DNA from: Candidatus Rariloculaceae bacterium
Lineage (GTDB): Bacteria > Pseudomonadota > Gammaproteobacteria > Steroidobacterales > Rariloculaceae
Length of the DNA stretch: 64,000 nucleotides
Assembly (NCBI GenBank): GCA_965205045.1
Contig: OZ242031.1
Span: forward strand, 62,807 to 126,806
Direction: 5' to 3'
This document shows, one piece after another, positions 44,221-50,960 of this stretch; the first letter of the stretch is position 1; every line of letters begins with the position of its first letter. The notes beneath the pieces were generated by a model, which worked only from the letters and a program-made list of their open reading frames with translations, had not been told where the DNA came from and searched no databases. The translations under genes were made by a program, and so were the position numbers.

Positions 44221-45600
44221 CCTATTATTCGATATAATTCAGTTACTTAAGCTGATATCGAAGGAGACCTTGCCGTGACACAATGTTGCCAGAACTCGTT
44301 CGAGTTTCCACGGGTGCATCGGCGTGTCGTTGAGGCACGTTTTGCGGGTGGGGAGATCACCTCCGACGGCGGGTCGCTGCTGCTGCGTCAGACCGACCGG
44401 TATTTGGGTTTGACCGAGGCGGTGGCCGGAGCGGTGTCGGATCGGCGCTGGCGCAAGAGCTGTATCCACGAGGTGCTGGTGGAGCGGTTCATCGATTCCT
44501 TCAAGGCGCCGCCGAAGCGACTGATCCTGGACTTCGATGCCACCGACGATCCGGTGCACGGGGATCAGGCGGGTCGATTCTTCCACGGCTTTTATCGTCG
44601 TTACTGTTTTTTGCCGTTGTACGTGTTCTGCGGGGATCAGCTGTTGGTCAGCTACCTTCGGCCCTCCAGCATCGATGCGGCCAAGCACAGTTGGGCGATC
44701 CTGGCGTTGTTGGTCAAGCGGCTGCGCCAGGCGTGGCCACGGGTGCGGATCGTGTTCCGGGGCGACTCCGGCTTTTGCCGCTGGAAGTTGCTGCGCTGGT
44801 GCGATCGCCATGGGGTGGATTACATCGTGGGGTTGGCGAAGAACGAACGGTTGAACGCGCTGAGCGGCGAACACCGCGAAGCCGCCGCGGCCGAGGTGGC
44901 CGAGACCGGGGAGAAGGTGCGCCGGTTCGTGGAGCTGACCTACGGGGCGCGCACCTGGGACCGGCCCCGCCGGGTGATTGGAAAGATCGAACACACCCTG
45001 CGCGGCGCCAACCCGCGCTACATCGTCACCTCGCTCAAGGGCGACCCGAAGGCGTTGTACGAGCGGTTGTACTGCGCCCGAGGGGACATGGAAAACCGGA
45101 TCAAGGAAAACCAGCTGGATCTGTTCGCCGACCGCACGTCCTGCCAGCAGTGGTGGCCGAACCAGTTCCGGCTGCTGTTGGCCTCACTGGCCTACACGCT
45201 GATCGAGACCATCCGGCGAATCGGGCTCAAAGGCACCGCGCTGGCGAAAGCCTATGTCGGTACCATCCGCCTGAAGCTGTTCAAGATCGGCGCGGTGATC
45301 CTGATCAATACCCGCCGCGTGCGGTTCCTGCTCAGCAGTACCTGCTCGAACCAGGACCTGTACTTCCTGGTGGCCAGACGACTGGCCGGCGGATAAACCT
45401 CACTCGTCCCGTTCCCGAGGGCGTGGACCGCACACGCCAAGCCCTGCTATCTCCGATTCCCTCCCAAACCGCCTCAATCCACCTCGCCACGCCTCGATCC
45501 GAACCGAAACAAGGCCATCGATCGCCTCCAGCGCACCCTGAACCCCGCTGAATCCGTCCAAACCCGAAAATCGCTCAGCCTTCAAGCTAAAATCGGCGAC
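44221..45600 (+). mobile_element. IS1380-family insertion sequence, copy 1 (ends approximate; defective transposase)
   Basis: An abrupt AT-rich junction, CCTATTATTCGATATAATTCAGTTACTTAAGC, begins at 44221. The transposase ORF is 44275..45396. A C-rich tail runs to about 45597, after which GC drops sharply. Terminal inverted repeats could not be established by eye. Confidence 0.5.
44275..45396 (+). CDS. IS1380-family DDE transposase carrying an in-frame internal deletion (~85-90 codons)
   Basis: 373 aa. It is collinear and roughly 60% identical by eye with the 487-aa ORF at 47910..49373 (DATDDP.HG.Q.GRFFHG.YR.YC.LPLY.FCG, RGDSGFCR, LYCARGDMENRIKE.QL.LFADRTS). It lacks the block between SDRR (about aa 55) and LVERFIDSF. 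Confidence 0.8.
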   Translation: MTQCCQNSFEFPRVHRRVVEARFAGGEITSDGGSLLLRQTDRYLGLTEAVAGAVSDRRWRKSCIHEVLVERFIDSFKAPPKRLILDFDATDDPVHGDQAGRFFHGFYRRYCFLPLYVFCGDQLLVSYLRPSSIDAAKHSWAILALLVKRLRQAWPRVRIVFRGDSGFCRWKLLRWCDRHGVDYIVGLAKNERLNALSGEHREAAAAEVAETGEKVRRFVELTYGARTWDRPRRVIGKIEHTLRGANPRYIVTSLKGDPKALYERLYCARGDMENRIKENQLDLFADRTSCQQWWPNQFRLLLASLAYTLIETIRRIGLKGTALAKAYVGTIRLKLFKIGAVILINTRRVRFLLSSTCSNQDLYFLVARRLAGG

Positions 45601-45651
45601 TCATGCAATATCCGGACTATTGCCATGACAACGCACCACGGAGACTGTCGG

Positions 45652-45843
45652 ATGCCCGAGAATCAAGACCAGCTCAAGGAACTTGCTCACCACATCATCG
45701 ATGCGGGACGCCTTGGGGACAATCCCTTCCATATCAATGCCAGCGCCAAGCGCGTCGAGTACGTCGACATCCGGGTATTCAACGATGACGCCTGCCCAAC
45801 GACGATTGACGCCCTCTGCCGACCAATGCTGGACGCCGAATGA
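45652..45843 (+). CDS. Small hypothetical protein (63 aa) in low-GC cargo
   Basis: ATG 45652 is preceded by GGAGA at -8 (an alternative ATG is at 45625). The gene is followed 85 nt downstream by a strong intrinsic terminator. No family was recognised. Confidence 0.4.
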   Translation: MPENQDQLKELAHHIIDAGRLGDNPFHINASAKRVEYVDIRVFNDDACPTTIDALCRPMLDAE

Positions 45844-45927
45844 TCGAGGCGGTCGTGCACCATTGCCACGTCGCGTATCCCCCGGGGACGGAACGCTTAC
45901 CGGGATAGACGGATAGCTGCTTTTCGG

Positions 45928-45953
45928 AACCCGCCGCGCCACGGCGGGTTTTT
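45928..45953 (+). terminator. Rho-independent terminator
   Basis: AACCCGCCG-cgcca-CGGCGGGTT forms a 9-bp GC-rich stem with a 5-nt loop, running into a T tract (TTTTT, 45949-45953). It sits between the convergent genes 45652..45843 (+) and 45965..46702 (-). Confidence 0.75.
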
Positions 45954-45964
45954 CATTGGCGCGG

Positions 45965-46702
45965 TTACTCTAGACGAAGAGACAAAGTGCTCCGGCCCGC
46001 TGCGCCGCCCCACTCGCTTAGTTTGACGTAGTACTCCTCCATTACGCCCGGCTCCTGCGTTTCCTCCGCCGTGAAAACGATACGAGAATTTACATCATCC
46101 CCACCATCGTCGTCGAAGTCCAAGAAGTTGTCATCATAGGCCATGTCATCATTGGCCTCGAAAAGCTCAAGAACCGAATCGAAACCGCCTAATCCCTCGG
46201 CGTCAATTTGATATTGAGCACCTATCTCAAGATCTACAAGGTTGATATGTGCGATCTCGTCTACGGCAAGCACAATGTTCAGGGGCTGATCACCTGGAGA
46301 AAGGTCAAAAACCTGATTTGTTTGGTTCGGCAGGTCGGCAAAATTAGATCGCTCGATACTGTCCCGCAGCCTTTTAAGTTCGGGCTCAATGGCGATGGAT
46401 GCCAATGCTGCAGCGGTTTGCGCCACCTTGCCTACCTCAGCAATTGCGATCTCTCTCGCTGATTGCCTTGCCGTATTGGTGATCTGTAGCGACATGAACA
46501 GGAAGATGCCGCTAATCAGTATTCCGAACAGCGCGATCATTGTCGCCGTAAGTGCTACGAAGAGCCCGCTGGCGTCGGTCGACTTGGCTGCCGTCTGCGT
46601 GACGGCTTTCAGCATGCCCGTGGTGTAACGAAGCACACCTACGCCCAACAGTACGACCATAGCTGCGATCACATAAATGAGGATATCGCCTGTGTTGTCC
46701 AT
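45965..46702 (-). CDS. Hypothetical 2-TM membrane protein with an acidic C-terminal PPC-like (pre-peptidase C-terminal-like) domain
   Basis: 245 aa with an AAGGAG SD 6 nt upstream of the ATG. The two TM helices are ILIYVIAAMVVLLGVGVL and LFVALTATMIALFGILISGIFLFMSL. The C-terminal pattern is YQIDAEGLGGFDSVLELF...DDDGGDDVNSRIVFTAEE...EEYYVKLSEWGG..G.STLSLRL. GC is about 48% by eye. Confidence 0.6.
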   Translation of the reverse strand: MDNTGDILIYVIAAMVVLLGVGVLRYTTGMLKAVTQTAAKSTDASGLFVALTATMIALFGILISGIFLFMSLQITNTARQSAREIAIAEVGKVAQTAAALASIAIEPELKRLRDSIERSNFADLPNQTNQVFDLSPGDQPLNIVLAVDEIAHINLVDLEIGAQYQIDAEGLGGFDSVLELFEANDDMAYDDNFLDFDDDGGDDVNSRIVFTAEETQEPGVMEEYYVKLSEWGGAAGRSTLSLRLE

Positions 46703-46756
46703 AAGATTCTCCTTGTGTTTGAGGACAGAAGCCCGGTCACAAGCCGGGCGGCTTCT

Positions 46757-46912
46757 TTAGGCAATCAACTCCTGATAAGTGAGCCGATGCCTGAAGGCTC
46801 TGAGCACGAAGGCCTCGATGCGATCTAGGGTGTGGAATTTCTGATTCGCCTCGTTGAGCCTGAATGTGCATTCTTTGACGTAGCGGGCCAGGTGCTTCTT
46901 GCTGGCGTGGTG
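46757..46912 (-). pseudogene. IS1595-family transposase C-terminal remnant
   Basis: The minus-strand translation HHASKKHLARYVKECTFRLNEANQKFHTLDRIEAFVLRAFRHRLTYQELIA* matches the conserved tail of IS1595/ISXO2-like transposases. It is cut off upstream by an in-frame TAG at 46913-46915 and has no N-terminal part. Confidence 0.6.
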
Positions 46913-47008
46913 CTAGACATCATGGATTGACCTGCCCTGGCCTCAAGCATCGTGGGTTATGTTTGGGGTCGGACCTTTGACACAGAGCCACATTGAGGAG
47001 GGCAAGCC

Positions 47009-47775
47009 ATGAAGGAGTATAGCGCGTAAGTGGGTTTGGACGTTCACAAGGAGATGATCGCGGTGGCGGTGGCGTTGCCGGGTCGGGGCGATCCGGTTTA
47101 TCGGGGCGAGATCGCGCATCGGCGCGGATCGCTGCGCCGGCTGATGGGTCGGTTGAGTCCGCACGGGGAGGTGTTGAGCTTTTGCTACGAGGCCGGGCCA
47201 TGCGGTTACGGGGTGTACCGGGAGATCGCCGAAGCCGGTCACGAGTGCGCGGTGGTGGCGCCGGGTCTGATTCCGCGCAAGCCGGGCGATCGGGTGAAGA
47301 CGGATCGGCGCGACGCGCTGACGCTGGCGCGGTTGCATCGTTCGGGGGTTCTCACGGCGGTGTGGGTGCCGGGTCCGGAGCAGGAGGCGATGCGGGATCT
47401 GACGCGGGCGCGCGAGGACATGAAGGGGTTGGAGTTGAAGGCGCGCCAGCGCCTGAGGGCGTTTTTGCTGCGACACGGGCGGGTGTACACCGCGGGTCGG
47501 AGCCGCTGGACGCAGGCGCATTTTCGGTGGCTGGAGGCGCAGCGGTTCGAGCAGCCGGTACAACAGGTGGTGTTTCAGGAGTACATCGACGCGGTCACCC
47601 AGGCGCGGGTGGCGGGGTTGGAGGGACAGATGCGCCAGGCGCTGGCCACATGGTCGTTGCGTGCGGCGGTCGGGGCGCTGATGAGTCTGCGGGGGGTGAG
47701 CCTGATCACGGCGATGACGGTACTGGCAGAGCTGGGCGATCTGACGCGTTTCGATTCGCCGCGCCAGTTGATCGT
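47009..47775 (+). pseudogene. IS110-family transposase pseudogene (premature stop at codon 7, 3' part lost)
   Basis: A GGAGG SD is followed by ATG 47009, giving MKEYSA-TAA(47027)-VGLDVHKEMIAVAV. Family members normally read ..YVGLDVHK.., so TAA probably replaces a Tyr codon. Homology (DEDD N-domain, LAELGDLTRFDSPRQL) ends near 47773, and the usual GLVPSExSSG...ITKxGN tail is absent. Confidence 0.7.
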
Positions 47776-49397
47776 GTCCCGGTGGTGTCCGGAGGGCGTA
47801 AATCGAGCCATTGCAGAGGCGGTTTTGGGGGCGGGGCCGACGGGCAGACGCAGTACGTCCTCGGCGATGCCTCTGGCCGGTTCGATGGAGTGTAGGTCGG
47901 AAGCTGAAGCTACCCCGGCGCCAGCCACGGCGGATGTTTTTGCAGGTTGGTCAGGATCTGCGCGAAGGTCTGCGCGTGCGGATAAGACTCGGAGAACGAC
48001 AACCAGACCTTTCTCACGCTGATCCTCACCCGCGCACCGATCTTCAGCCACTTGAGCCGGATCGTGGTGCACTGGGCCCTGGCGCAGGCGGTGCCGGTGA
48101 GCCCCAGCCGACGCAGCCCGTGCATCAGCACGTAGGCGAACGAAGCGAAGTACAGCCGCAACTGATTGGCCCGTAGCGTGGCGCTGCTGGTGCGGTCGGC
48201 GAACAGCCCCAGTTGCTGCTCCTTTATTCGATTCTCCATGTCGCCGCGGGCGCAATACAGTTCCTCGTACAGGTGCCTGGCGTCGGCGCGCTCGGCGCTG
48301 AGGTCGGTGACCACGAAGCGGGGGTTCGGCCCCTTGGGCAAATGCTCCGCCTTGCCCACCACGCGCCGGGACCGGGACCAGCTCTTGCGCGTGCGGTAGC
48401 GAAAGTCCCGATACCGGCGCGCCGGCTCGCCCGTGTGCCGGTACTGCGCTTGCGCCTCGTGCAACTGCCGGCCCAGTGCGCGGACCAGCCGCGCATTGCG
48501 CGCCAGGCCGAACACGTAATTGAGCCCGTTGTCCTCGCACCAGCGCATCAACGATTTCCGACAAAACCCCGAGTCGCCCCGAACGACGATCCGCGTCTTC
48601 GGCCAACGTCGCCGAATCCGTCCCACGATCCGGGTCAGCTCCTCCACGCTGCCGGCCGAGCCGTCGATGTTCGACGGGCGCAGCCGCGCACACAGCAGGT
48701 GCTCGCCGCAGAAGATGTACAGCGGCAGATAACAGTAGTGACGGTAGTAACCGTGAAAGAACCGCCCTTCCTGACGGCCGTGCAGCGGATCGTCCGTGGC
48801 GTCCAGGTCCAGGATGATCTCCCGCGGCGGCCTGGCATACGACTCCAGGAACACGTCCACCAGCAACCGGTCCATCGCCTCAGGATCGGCCGAGATGCGC
48901 TTGTATCGGTCCGACACCGCCGCTTCGGCGGTGCCCAGCTCCAGACGGTTCAGCGTGCTGGCGCCAGCCAGCGGATAACCCCGGTCGCGGGCGCGTACCC
49001 GGTCCGTACCCTTCAGATCCGACTTGCCCACCAACAACGCCAGCAGGCTGTCGCCGCGCAATGCCTCGTGATCGTTCAGATCCTCGTATCCGAGCGCCAG
49101 CGCGTAGATGCGTTGCGCCACCAGCGAGCGATCGCTGTGCTCCACGCTGATGGGGTTGCGGTAATCGCTGAAGCACCGCGCCAGACGATCCAGCACACCC
49201 AGTCGCAGGTCCGTCTCCCGCAACAGCACCCCGCCGGCGTCAGAGGTGATCCGGCCGCCGTCGAATCGACCGATGACATCGCGGCGTCCAAGGGCGTGAA
49301 ACTGAAGTTGTGTCGGTGTACACTGTGTGGGCACGGGACCTCTCCGTTGGTTCAATGTAAGTCTTTGATTCAACTCACATTATCCGACAAATCGAGG
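47776..49397 (-). mobile_element. IS1380-family insertion sequence, copy 2 (ends approximate), apparently inserted into the IS110 element
   Basis: The transposase ORF is 47910..49373. The upstream end is proposed at the CCTCGATTT sequence (complement of 49389-49397). The downstream end is placed where IS110 homology breaks, near 47775. Inverted repeats were not verifiable by eye. Confidence 0.45.
47910..49373 (-). CDS. IS1380-family DDE transposase (apparently full length)
   Basis: The 487-aa ORF contains the GYEDLNDHEALRGD block missing from copy 1, plus DLDATDDPLHG, RGDSGFCRKSLMRWCE and LYCARGDMENRIKEQQLGLFADRTS. The true start is probably GTG 49336, which aligns with the copy-1 start. Confidence 0.85.
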   Translation of the reverse strand: MNQRLTLNQRRGPVPTQCTPTQLQFHALGRRDVIGRFDGGRITSDAGGVLLRETDLRLGVLDRLARCFSDYRNPISVEHSDRSLVAQRIYALALGYEDLNDHEALRGDSLLALLVGKSDLKGTDRVRARDRGYPLAGASTLNRLELGTAEAAVSDRYKRISADPEAMDRLLVDVFLESYARPPREIILDLDATDDPLHGRQEGRFFHGYYRHYCYLPLYIFCGEHLLCARLRPSNIDGSAGSVEELTRIVGRIRRRWPKTRIVVRGDSGFCRKSLMRWCEDNGLNYVFGLARNARLVRALGRQLHEAQAQYRHTGEPARRYRDFRYRTRKSWSRSRRVVGKAEHLPKGPNPRFVVTDLSAERADARHLYEELYCARGDMENRIKEQQLGLFADRTSSATLRANQLRLYFASFAYVLMHGLRRLGLTGTACARAQCTTIRLKWLKIGARVRISVRKVWLSFSESYPHAQTFAQILTNLQKHPPWLAPG

Positions 49398-49459
49398 TCC
49401 CGTTCCAGTTATCGGTGAGGTATCCGGGATAGGCCGCCGATCCGGAGCCGGCCATCCGC

Positions 49460-50938
49460 TCAGGGCAGCAGGGCCTCCGCTTCGATCTCCACCAGAAAGC
49501 CGCCCACCAGGCCGGAAACGACGACCAGGGAATTTGCGGGCCGAATGTCGCCGAAGTATTGGCCGTGCACCCTGGCGACGGCCTCCCAATCCCGTTCGTC
49601 GGTGATGTAGACGCGGGTTCGCACCACGTCCTCGAGCGAACCGCCCACCGAAGCGATGCTCGCCAAAATCTTGTCGAGGATGTAGGTCGCCTGGCCTGCC
49701 GCATCCTGCGGACAGATGCTGCCGCCGTCGGTGTGCGTTGCCGTGGTGCCGCTCACCACGATGCGGTTGCCGATGCGTACCGCCCGGCTGTAGCCGCCGA
49801 TTTCCTCCCAGACGCTGCCGCTGTCGATGCGCCGGCGGTCTTCCCGGCCCGGGGTGCGGCCGGGTGTGTAGAGCCGGGACGTCGATGCAAGATGATGCGA
49901 AAGGTCGCCCGATGCCGTCAGCAGCGGGGCCCGCCGGTATTCATCGCCGCAATCGCCGGGAATCGCCCTCATCCCGCCGGCAGCGGCGGCAATGCGTTCG
50001 CGGTCCTCCCCGTCCAGCGAGAATTCGAACACCGCCAGGTTGTCCTTGCGGTGCTCCCGCTCACCGAGGCGCGCGCCGACGATCACGGCGGCAACGGCGG
50101 GTTGATCGAGCACCCAGCGCACGGCCACGTTCGGAATCGAAACGCCGTGCTTGCGCGCAACCCGATCGAGCGCCGACAGCAGGCCCTGCAGGACCTCCCA
50201 GCCGCCCGCCGCCTTGACGAAGCGAAGGTACTTCATCTTGCTCCAGTCGGTGACCTCGCCCTGCGCGGGCGCGGCGCGGCCCAGCCAGCGCTCCGACAGC
50301 AGGCCGCCGCAAAGGGTGCCGTAGGCCAGCAGACGGACGTCGTTCTCCATGCAGAATTCGGACATCCCGGCCGCGGCCCGCCGGTCCAGCACCGAGAAGC
50401 TGACCTGGTTGGTAACGACCGGCAGGCCGTGGCGCACCAGCAGGCGCAGATGGCGGGTGTCGAAGTTGGTCACCCCCAGGTGCGCGATCGATCCTTCCCG
50501 CTGCAGCCGTTCGAGTTCGGCCATCGCATCGATGTAGCCGGGATGCTCGAATTGCCACCAGTGGAACTGCAGCAGGTCCAGGCAATCGACACCGAGGCGC
50601 TCGAGACGCTGCCCGACCCCGGCGCGGACCACATCCGGCGTCATGGCGCCCGGCCCGGGAACCCACTTCGTAAAGACTTTCGGCCTTGCCGATGCGCCTG
50701 CGTCGAATCGGCCGAGAAGGCGGCCGGCGATCAGCTCGGCGCTGCCATAGTGATCCGCCATGTCGAACGCATCGAACCCGGCTTGCGCGTAGTCGGCCAG
50801 CGCATCGGCGCCGGCATCGGGATCCAACGGACTGCCGCCGCGTTCCATGTCCGCGACCTGCCAGAGCCCGATCACCATGCGGGGAATTTCCAGACCGCCG
50901 GGCAATTTGCTTCGCTCCGGCTGCTGTGGTTCAACCAT
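49460..50938 (-). CDS. Aldo/keto reductase fused to a C-terminal RidA/YjgF/L-PSP-family domain
   Basis: The start is ATG 50938, with a GGAG SD at -9. The AKR tetrad context is DMADHYG, VFTKW and LQFHWW. The C-terminal ~125 aa read GGYSRAVRIGNRIVVSGTTA...VVRTRVYITD...RPANSLVVVSGLVGGFLVEIEAEA, which is a RidA fold. The product is 492 aa. Confidence 0.8.
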   Translation of the reverse strand: MVEPQQPERSKLPGGLEIPRMVIGLWQVADMERGGSPLDPDAGADALADYAQAGFDAFDMADHYGSAELIAGRLLGRFDAGASARPKVFTKWVPGPGAMTPDVVRAGVGQRLERLGVDCLDLLQFHWWQFEHPGYIDAMAELERLQREGSIAHLGVTNFDTRHLRLLVRHGLPVVTNQVSFSVLDRRAAAGMSEFCMENDVRLLAYGTLCGGLLSERWLGRAAPAQGEVTDWSKMKYLRFVKAAGGWEVLQGLLSALDRVARKHGVSIPNVAVRWVLDQPAVAAVIVGARLGEREHRKDNLAVFEFSLDGEDRERIAAAAGGMRAIPGDCGDEYRRAPLLTASGDLSHHLASTSRLYTPGRTPGREDRRRIDSGSVWEEIGGYSRAVRIGNRIVVSGTTATHTDGGSICPQDAAGQATYILDKILASIASVGGSLEDVVRTRVYITDERDWEAVARVHGQYFGDIRPANSLVVVSGLVGGFLVEIEAEALLP

Positions 50939-50960
50939 CGTGTGCTCCGTTGACCGCCGT

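Noticed and set aside
46728-46756. A hairpin (GCCCGG-tcacaa-gCCGGGC) between the membrane-protein start and the IS1595 stop, considered as a terminator
   Set aside because: The stem is only 6 bp plus a bulged extension, with no clean U tract on either strand. It may be an IS end or a weak terminator, but this is not supportable by eye.
44221-49397. Composite transposon formed by the two inverted IS1380-family copies
   Set aside because: The two transposases are only about 60% identical by eye and one is internally deleted, so they are different IS species, not twin copies. The region is better explained as successive independent insertions.
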